Shown: one piece after another, positions 12,214 to 24,239 of the stretch
Layout: every line of letters starts with the position of its first letter
Numbering within the stretch: position 1 is the first letter of the stretch
From: Eledone cirrhosa
Taxonomy: Eukaryota
Length of the DNA stretch: 64,000 nt
Assembly: GCA_964016885.1 (NCBI GenBank)
Contig: OZ024740.1
Location: 249,302,001-249,366,000, forward strand
Direction: 5' to 3'
The notes under the pieces: generated by a model
The model's database searches: none
Seen by the model: only the letters and a program-made list of their open reading frames with translations
What the model was told of the DNA's origin: nothing
Position numbers and translations under genes: made by a program

Positions 12214-12485
12214 ATATATAAGAGAGAGATAATTGTATATAAATGTGTATAAACTAGCATTTGAATTGGAGACACTGGCCGCGAGACATTCATGTATATG
12301 TATATATATATATATTGTTTTACTTGGGGAGGGCCATATTGTTATAATATTGCCAGAAATAACAGAACACTCTCACTGTTTGGTTTTTTGCTTCTGTATC
12401 TTTTATAGCTCCACAGTTAATTTATTTGGCAATGAATGTTTATCATTGAGTGACCAGCGATTAAAAATACAGATATAAATATATA

Positions 12486-12537
12486 TAGTCTATCAAAGTT
12501 CTTTCGTTGCACATCTGCAATATCATCAGTGGTACTA
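12486..12537 (-). ncRNA. Hammerhead ribozyme-like motif in the Penelope 3' pLTR
   Basis: tagtacca-CTGATGA-ta ttgca gatg tgcaa c-GAAA-gaac-TT-tgatagacta. Confidence 0.7.
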
Positions 12538-12756
12538 TTATGTTTCCTCCTATTGTATTGTATTGTATTGTATGTCTACGCCATTTTTATTTTTATTTAT
12601 TTATTTATTTATTCTTGTCTCTGTCTCTGTCTCAGCGCATGCGTTTGTGTGTGTGTATAATGTTTGGTGTGTGTGTTCGCATTTGAGTGTTTTTGCATTC
12701 TTTGTTCACTCGTGTGTGTTTATATGTGTTTGTTGTTATTGTATTTATTTATTTAT

Positions 12757-13557
12757 TTATATTTCCATTAAGTCAGTATTGTTTGTTTGGGTATGGTTGT
12801 TGTTATTCCATTCATTCTTTCTGTTCAACTTCGGTCTTCTTAGTTCTATCTCAGTTGCCTCTCTGGTTTGCCTACCTGTTGAGTCATTTCTATGCTTAGA
12901 TATTTTAATTTCTATGTTGTCTATATTACCGTCATGTCTTTGTCTGGCGTGTTCATATAGTACTGAACCATTTTTTTGTCTTTCTAGTTCCTCCCAGTGT
13001 TGGTCTATTCTTTCTATGCTTCGAGCTGTCTCACCTATGTATGTCGTTGTCATGTTTCTGCAAGTACCCTCTGTACATCTTATGCTATAGACTACATTTC
13101 TAGCTTTACAATTTATCTGGAGGTTCATTCTACATATAACACATTTCTTATTTGTACAGTGGGTTTTCTTCTTGCTGATCAGGGATTTTATGGTAGTTCC
13201 TGGCTTTTCTACCACTTTAATCTTTAGATGGGTCTTTCTTAGGGCCTTTCTACATTGCTTAGCTAATTTCCCTCCAGGCGTAGCATCCACGAACATGACA
13301 CTCTGGTATCTCTGGTTGTCGTACCATGAGGTGGCTTTCCCTATCTTATGTTTAGTCCTATCTAAGCTATTCCATGGTTTGCTCCTGTATAATGGGCAAA
13401 TTCCTTTCATGTCCAGTTCTATGAGGGTCTTATATTTCTCTGTGGATACTTTGTATACACTGATTCTGTCTCTTTGGTTGTAGCCAGAGAACTGCATGCG
13501 ATTGCTGAAGTTTTGGATGTCTTTCCATTTCAGTTGGGTCGCACATGCAGGATGCAT
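12757..13557 (-). CDS. Penelope-like linker + GIY-YIG endonuclease (pseudogenised ORF segment)
   Basis: Zn-knuckle CTNKKCVIC followed by VVY/YIG and the catalytic R, E, N. Confidence 0.85.
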   Translation of the reverse strand: MHPACATQLKWKDIQNFSNRMQFSGYNQRDRISVYKVSTEKYKTLIELDMKGICPLYRSKPWNSLDRTKHKIGKATSWYDNQRYQSVMFVDATPGGKLAKQCRKALRKTHLKIKVVEKPGTTIKSLISKKKTHCTNKKCVICRMNLQINCKARNVVYSIRCTEGTCRNMTTTYIGETARSIERIDQHWEELERQKNGSVLYEHARQRHDGNIDNIEIKISKHRNDSTGRQTREATEIELRRPKLNRKNEWNNNNHTQTNNTDLMEI

Positions 13558-14918
13558 TCTTCATCACTCTTACCAAGTCTGCGATCAGAATATTAAACTT
13601 AGCACTATTGGACATTGCTGAGTTTTTGAGTATCAGGTATTTGGAGGTCATTGATTTAGCATAGTGTGAGTGGAGAATTTGGGCCCTCTCGTCTATAGTG
13701 TTAATCCAGAGTTCCGTGTCTAATACAGGTAGTCTATTGTTAGGATGTTTGGAAGGGTAGTCACGTTACAGTTATACTCTGGTGTATGGAGTTAGCTATC
13801 AGCTGGATGATCTCCATTGTGCCATTTTCTAATTCATATTTATTAGTACTCTCTTGTGGGAGGTCTTCTTATTACTATATTAATATCGTCTATGTAACGA
13901 GAGTACATGACGAGGTCTATGGAGTTCTCTTCAAGGAGTTCCCTGAGTCTCCTCTCCCACCATAACATAAATAGATTGGCTATGCTGACGCCAATGGCTG
14001 CTCTTTCATTCTGGGTGTAGATCTTTTCGTTAAATTTAAACATATGGCCCTTTAGGGTAGTTTTAATACTAGCCCCTATTGCATGTGCGACCATTTTTCT
14101 CACCTGATCATTGTTTTTGGGTGTCCGTAAGGCTTTGGTCCATCCATTCCATCTTCACGAGTCTTTTTAGCCATTGAGGTTATGGTGGGAGGAGGGGATC
14201 TACCTCTTATAGGTCTACTGGGGCAGAAACAGCTACGGTCATGGTTATCTAGGTACTCAGTGTCATAAGTAAATCTAATTAGGAGGCCCAGTTCATCTGT
14301 GTTAAACGTCGCAGAACTCTACCTCACTCTCACTGATTATTTCCACACATTTTTCCACAGCAAAATCAATGTCAATGGATGGGTACAGTGATACTACATC
14401 CATACTGCCTATTATACAGTTAGTTAAGTTTTTGTTGTTGCATTCATTGATTCTGCTGAGGAGGTCCTCTCTGCTGTCACATAAATCTGGGGACATCTTA
14501 ATTATGGGCAGTATAACCATATATATAGAGATATATATATATAAATGTATATATACATATATATATATATACATAAATGTATATACATATATACAAAGCA
14601 GGCTTTGTTTACAGGTGGCTAGTGAATTTGAAAATTAAGTAGTAATATGTGCTTACGCTGTATTTGACTACATAGAATTAGCCTGTTAGTTGGGATTTTA
14701 ACGTGAAGATGTGTATGTATGCAAACACACACAGACACACCCATATACAAAATATGACATCATGTTATAATATATCCATTTACTTATAGTTGTCTATAGT
14801 AGATTATTTTAGATAAAATGTCATATTTCTTTAATCCAAATGAAAATAATACACATATGGGTCCAACCATATGCCAGTGTGGTTCAATAGCAAGTTAATA
14901 AATTAACAACCCAGAACA

Positions 14919-15305
14919 TATAAAATCAAGGTCAAGCAAATAGGGAAAAAGTTTTAAAATAAATTTCAAAAAGTTCACTGTACTTACTATATGTGCCTTT
15001 ACCGCGGTTTCCGATCCCAAAATAAATAGATAATTCAAGCGGATTTCTATTGAGAAAGAGATCATCAGAAGGCTTTTCCCACTCGGAGAATATAAAATTC
15101 TCGAGTTCAAATCACAAACTGGAGCCACACAAAACTGTTCCCGAATGAGAGTGAATGAGAGAAGAAACAATCCCGTCTGGTACCGTGTGGTACCAGACAG
15201 GATTTGGGGATTGGAAACCGCGGTAAAGGCACATATACTAAATACAGTGAACTTTTTGAAATTTATTTTAGAACTTTTTCTCTATTTGCTTGACCTTGAT
15301 TTTAT
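14919..15305. repeat. ~105-bp inverted repeat (14919-15023 / 15202-15305), pLTR-like fold-back
   Basis: Arms share ...atatgtgcctttaccgcggtttcc...; small palindrome gtctggtacc/ggtaccagac at 15175-15198. Confidence 0.88.
14995..15073 (-). ncRNA. Type-I hammerhead ribozyme with extended stem II
   Basis: gcctt-CTGATGA-(long stem II)-GAAA-ccgcgg-TA-aaggc. Confidence 0.75.
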
Positions 15306-15589
15306 AAACGCCAATTGTGTGTTTTCTTCTGGCGAGTGGAATCTGACTACCTTCCTGTTTACAAGGTCATGCGATGCTGTCACAGCCTGAGGCTGCTACT
15401 ACTACTACTACAGTGGGGTTAACTTTGGTTCTATTGGTATCATGAACAGATTCCACTGCTAGAATTATCAACTATGTAAAGTACTGTGTCCACTCTGATA
15501 TGCAAATTCCTATTTACAACATATGGTTTTTTGTAAAATCATTGAGTGTGAGGAAAACAGCGATATCTAATTGTCTGGCTCGTTATCTC

Positions 15590-16033
15590 TGTCCTTAGCC
15601 CTCTCCTGTTTATTATCGTACTACAGGCTATAACAGAGGATTTTATGACTGGCTGCCCATGGGAACTCCTGTACGCGGATAATCTTACACTCATAACAGA
15701 ATCTATGGAGGAACTAGAGAAATTCAAAACATGGAAGCAGGGCCTAGAAAGAAGGGGTCTCAAAGTCAACCTGACAAAGAACCCAGATCCCCTCAGGGAA
15801 ATGGCTTTCCTCAGTATGGAGGAAAAGTGTAGATAGAAATTCCATCCGCCATCCCAAATGCAAACTATGGGTACACAAGAGTTGTAGTAGGATTTCAGTA
15901 CGTTTAGCTAAGAATGTAGGCTTTACATGTAGCAGCTGCACCGGAACAATAAGCAGCAAACGACCACTAACAAATTCCGGGAAGGCTCAGTAGAAGCAGT
16001 AGACAGCTTCTGCCACTTGGGTGACAAAATTAG
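15590..16033 (+). mobile_element. RTE RT fragment
   Basis: GCPWELLYADNL and GLKVNLTK motifs. Confidence 0.85.
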
Positions 16034-16169
16034 CATACACACATATACATATAAGTAAGACATGGTCACCTGACCTGCCATTGTGTGGGAAAATGAACGG
16101 TAAAAATGATGATGATGGTGGCGACAACAATATATATATATATACAGGTCAGCCAATCGCCATCCCATA

Positions 16170-17150
16170 TATCATCATCATCATCATTATCGTTTAACGT
16201 CCATATTCCACGCTTGCATGGGTTTGGACGGGAGTTTTCCCCCGATCTATAGGTGATCAAGTGATTGTCTCGTTTTTTTAAGTTAGTGTTACAGATAGTT
16301 AGGTTATTTGCGTCACAGAATTCCAGGATTCTGGAGCCTTCCTCATTTCTAGTACCAAACCCATAGCCTCCGTGGATTCCGTCATAACCGTCACAATGTT
16401 GTCCAACATGACCATTTAGGTCACCAGCAATAATTATATAGTCACTGTCGGTTATTTGGGAGGTAGTGAGCATCAGTGTCTCATAGAATCTGTCTTTATA
16501 GCGCCAGGCAGTCCGGATTGGGGCGCGTACGCAGATATTACTGTCACAGTAGTTCTATTTAGAACAAGTCTTATTTTAATTATTCTGTCATTCACTCTAT
16601 TTACGTCTATTATCTTATCCACCCATTTTTCTGCTAACATGATTCCTACCCCACCCAGCCCATTGTCATTTCCCACCCAGAAAAGCTTATTGCATCGTTT
16701 TTTACCCACAATGAATCTAGCAGACCCGCCCCTCCACCTGGTCTCTTGGATACAGCAAACATCAACCTCCTTACGTTCAAGCATTTCTACAACCTCGTTA
16801 GAGCGGCCTTTTAAGGTGCCTACATTCATGGTACCAACTCTGAAGTTTTGGATTGCGTTTGGTGGGTGAGGCGCAGGGAGGGGTGAGGTTGATGGGGTTG
16901 GGGTTATGTTGGCCATCCGCGGCCGCAACAAAGAGGAGGGGGCCTTGCCCTTTCGTCCGGCAGCATGAGGTGAATGTCGTTATCTTTGGCATTTGTCTTC
17001 GAAGGTCCAGATTCTTCAGACTCTCCAGAAATTCCTTAGTCCATCCATCATATCGAAAAGCACCCAGAAGTGATAGCATAGGCCGTTGACTTGTGATTGG
17101 TCCAAATAATAAAGGTGGTGAGTGGGGGCGGGTGGGAGAGGTATGGGGTA
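16170..17150 (-). mobile_element. RTE 5' part (APE endonuclease, family A) joined to an RTE 3' tail (16170-16232)
   Basis: GTMNVGTL, CIQETRW, YAPQ, GDLNGHVG; (GAT)n tail on the minus strand. Confidence 0.88.
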
Positions 17151-17204
17151 GTTAGCGAGGAGAAGATTATTTAGAACAAGCGTGGAGAAGATTTAGAACA
17201 GTCA

Positions 17205-17240
<36 letters not shown>

Positions 17241-17323
17241 AAAGTTTTATTTTAAATGTTGGGTTACAACGAGTAAATATTTTATAACTGATATAAAAGC
17301 ACTCAACAAGTTTTGGAGTATTT

Positions 17324-17563
17324 TACGATATTAAACAAATGGAAATTACATTTATAAAACCATATTTATTTCATTATATATATTTCAGGGATATCATATT
17401 AAAATATGGTATGCCCTCTTCAGACAAAATACAATATATAGACAGTTTTTGTCTATATATTGTATTTTGTCTGAAGAGGGCATACCATATTTTAATATGA
17501 TATCCCTGAAATATATATAATGAAATATGGTTTTATAAATGTAATTTCCATTTGTTTAATATC

Positions 17564-17566
<3 letters not shown>
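17324..17566. repeat. ~117-bp near-perfect inverted repeat with a 5-nt spacer; each arm carries a hammerhead
   Basis: 17324-17444 / 17450-17566. Confidence 0.93.
17462..17528 (+). ncRNA. Minimal type-I hammerhead ribozyme (mirror copy on minus strand at ~17369-17432)
   Basis: gtattttgt-CTGAAGA-gggcataccatat..atatgatatccct-GAAA-tatata-TA-atgaaatat. Confidence 0.8.
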
Positions 17567-17600
<34 letters not shown>

Positions 17601-17604
<4 letters not shown>

Positions 17605-18740
17605 GGAATGGCGATTGGCTGACCTGTTCGCCGGCGACTCCCGTTCAGCCGTCATTTCTGCTCCACCAATCATTCTGCCCGCAATCTGTCCGTGGCCTTA
17701 TTGCATGCTGTCGAACCCTGGATTCACGACTCAGGGTTAGGAAACACACCATTTTCCAGCTTCAGACCTGGACCGCCACTGGTTTGAACTCACCACCCAT
17801 CTTCCTTTAGCTCCCCCTAAGCCCCCACTCACACACCACTAGCCACCCCCACTCACTACTAACTTCACTAACCAACTAGTGTACATATACACAGCGAGAG
17901 AGATTGTCGTATACACACTCCACACACCGAAAATATATACACATAAGCTACTGAGTTAAACATACACAAACGCATACCTTTATACACATGCAACTCATAT
18001 TTTTATCCACTCACACACACACATACATACAGCCCTATACATCTATACACGTTTTCGCACACATATAGAAGTTAAAGATACACCTCCTTAGCTTCTCCCA
18101 CACATTTAGAATTTACTTATACAACCCCCTTCCACCTCCTCTGCTTCTCCTACACCCGACCCCACCTCTTCCAGTCTGCGTGCGCCACCACTTCACTTCT
18201 GCTGTTTTCCCTTTGTTCCAACTCGGACCATCTTGATACACACACCAACAACCCTACAGAAACATACATACATGAACATCATTCCCATACACACACACCA
18301 ATACACTAATAGACAACACTCATATACACACGCTACAACCACCATGTGCTTTTACTTACTATATTTAACTTCACATTCTTTTTCAAACACATACTTACAT
18401 TTACACATCTACACATACACTTAACCCTTTAGTCTCTTCCTATATTCTGAGTACTTTTGCAGCCACCTTCTACCCTTTCCTTCACCCCTTCAAGCCACCC
18501 ACACACACACTACCACACATGCCATCCTCCTACCCTAGACCTATACCCCACTACCCCTTCTATGTTTTACTTTCTAACTTCCTTCCTTAAACCCCCATTA
18601 CATCTCCTCGGAGTTTCTGTTCTCCCCCTATCCGAACATTCCTGACTTCTGTCAAAAATATTGAAACCTCCAGTTCAACCAAGCGTAAACTTATATAACT
18701 GTACAATTGCCTCCCGTACATTGTTCGTTCATTTTCAACT
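17601..18740 (+). mobile_element. 5'-truncated Penelope-like element: GIY-YIG C-terminus + CA-rich 3' region
   Basis: Translates to PV..HF/SVRGL...RL...IFQLQT...GLN, typical of the end of PLE endonucleases; bounded by (AT)n. Confidence 0.6.
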
Positions 18741-18764
18741 ATATATATATATATATATATATTT

Positions 18765-18980
18765 ATGAGCGGGCGAAAGCTTCAAGAACATCATCATTGT
18801 CCGTTCCCTTGTCGTTTTAACTTGAATTGCCTCGAAAACATAACCTTATTATGTAAGAAACTGTCTGATGAGCTTATCGCACTGGTTAGGCAGAATCGCA
18901 TGGTCACTGTCGTTAATGAAATATGTATCACAGCCTTATCAATAAAGGACTTTAACATCTGAAACTACTTCGCATTTTCT
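18765..18980 (+). mobile_element. ~215-bp hammerhead-bearing element between (AT)n tracts (homologue at 51193-51407)
   Basis: ctgt-CTGATGA-(long stem II)-GAAA-tatgta-TC-acag at 18861-18933; shared tail tcaataaaggactttaacatctgaaac. Confidence 0.75.
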
Positions 18981-19064
18981 TATATATATATATATATATA
19001 TAAATGGAATAATTATATTGTGTGTGTTGTTTATTAAGTAATTAAATAAAAAATATATATATAT

Positions 19065-21262
19065 AACAGATTTAGAAATATTTTAATTGACACCTATGAC
19101 AATAAAGAACAGATAGAGATATTCAATATAGAAGAACACTGGGAGTTCCTACAAAATAAACTACTGAAGGTGACAGACAAGATTTGTGGATAGAGCAAGA
19201 CTACAGAGAGGAGAGTGACTTGGTGGAGGAACAATAAGGTAGATGAGACAATTAAGGCCAAGAGGCAGGCATGGAAACAATGGAAGAATGGGGGAAGCAG
19301 GGTACACTACAGAGACGCCAGGAGGAAAGCTAGACGACAAGTATACTTAGCTAGAAGGGAAGCGGAGGATAAAAAATTCAAGCATGTTTTGCAGCGTGAA
19401 AACCAGAAACAGGTGTTCAGGATTGCGAGGCAGTGCATTAGAGAAAATTGTGATGTCATTGGTGAGAAGTGTGTCCGGGATGATAAAGATGCACTTGCCC
19501 TCACAGGCACCGAGAAGAAGCTGTATAGAAGAGACATTATGAGAGATTATTAATTGAGGAGATTGCATGGGAGAAAGAGACCCTACCCCAAGTGGACCCT
19601 ATAGAGGGCCCAGCAGTACAAGTCAGCAGCAGTGTAGTCAGTAAGGCACGGTAACCATACGTATTGTAAACCAAGTAATACTAGATGGCATCATACCAAA
19701 TGATTGGCAGAGCAGCATCATTGTTAGCTGCTACAAAGGGAGAGATGCACTAGAGAGATGAAACTATAGAGGTATAAAGCTGTTGGACCAGGTCATGAAA
19801 GTAACAGAAAGAGTTATAGCACAGTTCATTAGTGACCGGGTAATGTAGTTCAGATTTGTGTCAGGCAAAAAGCACCACTGATGTTCTCTTCCTTGTGAGG
19901 CAGTTACAGGAAAAGTACCTAGCTAAAGTAGGCCGCTCTACATGGCATTTCACAATCTGGAAAAAGCTTTCAACAGAGTGCCCCGTGGCTTTTGGAAAAC
20001 TAGGAGTAGATGAGTGGCTAGTGAAGGCTGTATAAGCCATCTACAGAAGAGCAGTCAGCCAAGTCAGGATTAACAATGACTATAGCGAGGAATTTAGCGT
20101 AGAAGTTGGTGTCCACCAGGGATCTATTCTTAGCCCCCTCCTGTTAATCATTGTACTACAGGCTATAACAGAGGAGTTTAAGACTGGCAGCCCGTGGGAA
20201 CTCCTGTACGCTGATGATCTTGCTCATAGTGAAATTAATGGTGGAACTAGAGAAGAAATTCCAAACGTAGAAACAGGGTCTAGAAACAAAGGGTCTTACA
20301 GTCAACCTGACAAGGACTAAGTAAGTAGAAGAGGCTTTACATATAGCAGCTGCACCGGGACAGTAAGTAGCAAACGACCACAAGAAATAAGCACTATCAA
20401 ATTCTTGGCAGGCATTGTAGAAAAAGTAGACAGCTTCTGCTAACTGGGTGACCAACAGTGGAAGTGGGTGTTCTGAAAGTACAGTAGTCAGAATAAGAAC
20501 GGGATGGAAGAAATTCAGGGAGCTACTACCACTGCTAGTTGCGAAAGGCTTTTCCATCAAAATGAAAGGCAGACTGTCTGATGCGTGCATACAAACAGTA
20601 ATGTTGCATGGTAGTGAGACTGCGTTGGTATGGACATGAAAGATGGCAGCTGCATAAAAAGGTGCAGGGTGCTCAAAGTCGGTGGAAGCCTTGGAGTAGG
20701 GAAACCTAGAAGGATTTGGGATGAGGTGATAAAATCTGACTTTGCCCAATTACACCTCTCAAAGGCGATGACACGGGACTGAGATCTCCGGTGTTATGCA
20801 GTAATACGGAAGACCCGAATTCCTATGGGCACACCCAAACTGAAGCATATATACACTAAGCACCACCCCACTCCACACACCCATGAGAACAGGCCAAAGT
20901 ATACATCCAGTGAAGCCCCCAGCCTTCACCGTCGTGGTGGTGACGCAGCAAAAACTGCCCAGCCCACACCGTAAAGTGACCATGTAGGTGTCACATCAAA
21001 AACACCCAATCCACTCTGTAAAGTGGTCATGTACATCGAAAGCGCCCAGCCAACACTGTAAAGTGGTTATGTTGGTAACACAACAAAAAGCACCCAGTAC
21101 TCACAGTAAATGAGATTGGCATTAGTAAGGGCATCCAGCTATAGAAACCAAGCCAAAATCAGTTCTGTATGTGCAAGACAGAGTTACTTTACCCAGTATT
21201 GCTCACAACAGGACAACTCGTCTAACCCAAGCTAGTGTGGAAAATTGGACTTAAAATGATGA
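19065..21262 (+). mobile_element. Degenerate 5'-truncated RTE LINE with tandem 3'UTR modules
   Basis: TWWRN, NYRGIKL, HQGS, LLYADDL and LHGSET motifs with stops; RTE tail. Confidence 0.9.
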
Positions 21263-21432
21263 CACACACACACACATATATATAGTTCCGATGCATCACC
21301 GATTCTTCGTTTTCCATATTATCATACTCTGCTCCGAAGGAGCATAGAGTGCTCAACTGGCATACCGCCTATGGACGCATCCTAGCAACCATACTACAAA
21401 TAAATAAATATATATATATACACACACAAGCT

Positions 21433-21463
<31 letters not shown>

Positions 21464-22019
21464 ACAGTAAAACAGAGGCTCAGCTTATATTCAAGGTCAA
21501 TATTTTGCCAATTTCACAAACTTCAAATCTACTATATAAATGGCAATTTCTGCCAGATGGCACCTACACCAGTGATCTGATCCTGATAAAACTTTACACA
21601 CATGTTAAGCTGATATTCAGAAACAGGACTAGCTAATTGGATTTCAATAAAAATAAATAATGGAACCTCTGGGGACATCTTTACAATGGAGGAGGAAAGA
21701 GAAGACGTTTCAGTGAGAGAAGAGATACTACTACTGTATGTTAAACCCTCCCTCCTCCAAAACAAGGCAACAACTTATTAAAAATATACATAAAGAAATT
21801 TCAAACAAAGCAGATGCCAATCTAATTTTGGTTGACGACTGAACAGATGTCTGTGTGTGTATATATATATATCACATCCACTGATATGGATTCTGAACAC
21901 GTGCACACGCTTAGGTCACATTAAGGTCAACTGCAGCAATTGTTGATAAGTTACAAAAAAATTTGATCAATGGCCTGGAAGTTGGCTTACCATAAGATTA
22001 GTCCAAAGAACAAAACCCA

Positions 22020-22480
22020 AATCGTATGTTGACAAATATCCATACCCCCCCGGCATGTTTTATAACATGCCATCTTTGAGAGTAGAGTTTATTTTGTCGA
22101 TATTTCGAGGTGTCAGATCGTGGGAATATTAACACGAATTAAGAAGATGTAACTTCTCCCCCATTATTGACACTTTGCAACAGTGAACGTTACATGGCTC
22201 TCTTTAGGGTCAACACGTCTGATAGTTTATCTGACTTATTATAGTGTGTTTTCTCGGGTTATGTCTACTATAGGGGAAAAATGGGATGGTTTCATTGAAT
22301 TGCTTCAGTCATTCGAAGGGCTTTACAAACGGTGATATACAGGGTGCTTGAACAGTACCTGAATGTTCTCAGTTATAATTTCTTCAATAATTGCAATGAC
22401 TTCCTCAATTGTTCTGTGTCTGTTCTTGAGCATTAAGGCAGTAAGTTTGCTATTATTATACATAAGTTTGTTGAATAAGT
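22020..22480 (-). pseudogene. Possible mariner transposase relic
   Basis: Degenerate ALM.KNRHRTIEE (HTH-like) and a YSPDL-like segment on the minus strand. Confidence 0.35.
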
Positions 22481-22639
22481 TCGATACTCTTCGAGCTCAA
22501 ACTTCCCCGTCTTATTCACTCTGAATGAAGAAAGCTGGATGGAAGAAGGACTTAAACAGCTATTGATAGTTACACACAAAAAATTGATCTGCCATAAACA
22601 CACCTAGGAAAGGTTGCTATTGAAAATCCAGTATGAGCA

Positions 22640-22725
22640 CCCAGGGTCGCTATTATTTACGGGCGCACTCTGGGACCTGCGAATAACCTTACCTTTCTCG
22701 GGTATTACTGGGTACCGCAGCTAGT
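22640..22725 (+). mobile_element. Possible non-autonomous Helitron 3' end
   Basis: GC-rich segment ending ...gggtaccgcagCTAG|t. Confidence 0.3.
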
Positions 22726-22974
22726 TATACATAAATAAGGTGCTAAAATATCGGGAGTGATTATTTTACAATGAAATACATGCACGCACACATATATACA
22801 TGCATACAGATTGTTTTCTCCTATGAATTATATTTTTTCTTTCATACCTAACGTTAAAATCTTACTTCTTGACTTGTATGTTGTTTCTCTTTCCCTCTTC
22901 TACTTTATAAAACGAATGAAATAATAAAAATTGATTGCATAATGTAATTGTGAAACAAAAATTATACTGTATAC

Positions 22975-23108
22975 CAGGCATGTCAAACATGCCTGGTATA
23001 GAGTATAATTTTTAAATTAGTTGTAATGTGCACAATTAGTTGTTGTGTGTGGCCCTCAAACAACACGACCCACGTGGCCCTCGGGGGACCCTCAGTTTGA
23101 CATGCTTG
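22975..23108. mobile_element. hAT (Charlie-like) MITE
   Basis: TIRs caggcatgtcaaac / gtttgacatgcttg; 8-bp TSD ctgtatac / ctctatac. Confidence 0.8.
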
Positions 23109-24239
23109 CTCTATACAACACAAAATATTTTAAATATCGAAATATTAAAACTTCATAAATATATTCTCCACTCATTATAATTTCAAAACCATACTATCTA
23201 AACATAATTGCTGATTAGCTGCTTCGACTTATAAATAGGGGGAGGGTGGCTTATATTCAAGTATATACAGTAGGTATGTGTGTGTGTACATATATATATA
23301 TATATATACACACATACATTAAACACATGCATACATGCGTGTGTGTCAGTTTACCAGTTTTCATATAAAAGCAAGCAATGACGTATTTTATGTTTCTCGT
23401 TAGCTAACCAGTTTGATGAAGATGAACAATATCCAACTTTAGAAAAACGGCCTCAAAAAGTCTCATCTAATCCATTCCAACATGGAAAAACAGACAAAAA
23501 CAATTATGGAGAGTCTTTAATTTGAAAAAAAATAAATAAATAAAACATATAAGTCCAACAAATAAAATGCATATTCATTTACCAAAAAAAAATCTCAATT
23601 TATAAAATAAATAGCTAAAGAATCACTAAATATATACCATGGGTTGCAATGGTGATAAAAATAATAATACTGCAAGTTTCATCGTTGTTGTATTTACATC
23701 CATTTTTCCTTACTGGGAGGAACAGAGAGGCTGTGTTGTTCCACCCATGCAAGTGAATGGTGAAAACTTGTCGTGCGTTCTTTCTTCTGCTTAACATTTT
23801 ACCCAGAGCTGGATTCATCAAATTTGTTCAACTTTAGAGACATCAGATTGCTATCATAACAATAAAAAGTATTCCTTACATAGAATCATCAACATTTTTC
23901 TACACAAATGTCACAACCATCAGACCAAAAACAAGAGTTGTGACAGAACCAAAATATTAAAAAGTCTCTGATATAGAATGATTTGCCTATATAATACAAA
24001 GAAATACCTACAATCAGACACAAGCAAATGATGGTTATAAGATCTAATAATAAAAATGTACATGGAATTTAATTTTTTAAGGGCTTTCTTGTAACAATAC
24101 AGGGATGAGCAAGCAATCAGCAATTGCATTGGCAAATTATTAAGAATCTGTAGTTTCATTTGTCTTCATAATATATTAAAAATGTAAATGTTTCTTATCA
24201 TCTCATGCATGCCTTTACTATCTCTGCAAGAAGAAGCAC

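Larger units (their letters stand above)
12310..14520 (-). mobile_element. Penelope-like element (RT + C-terminal GIY-YIG, Neptune/Nematis-type), 5'-truncated at (AT)n
   Basis: RT motifs GSMDVVSLYPSI, YTQ..AIG, RYIDD, LPVLD; ORF 12757-13557 has CxxxxCxxC, NVVYSIRC, YIGET, H..H and E...I...PKLN; hammerhead in the 3' region. Confidence 0.9.

Noticed and set aside
18640-18690. Hammerhead at the end of the 17601 Penelope fragment
   Set aside because: Only cctgac...gaaac remnants; core and stems too degenerate to call.
23615-23850. Minus-strand coding exon
   Set aside because: Splice-like borders but stops in all three frames from the acceptor.
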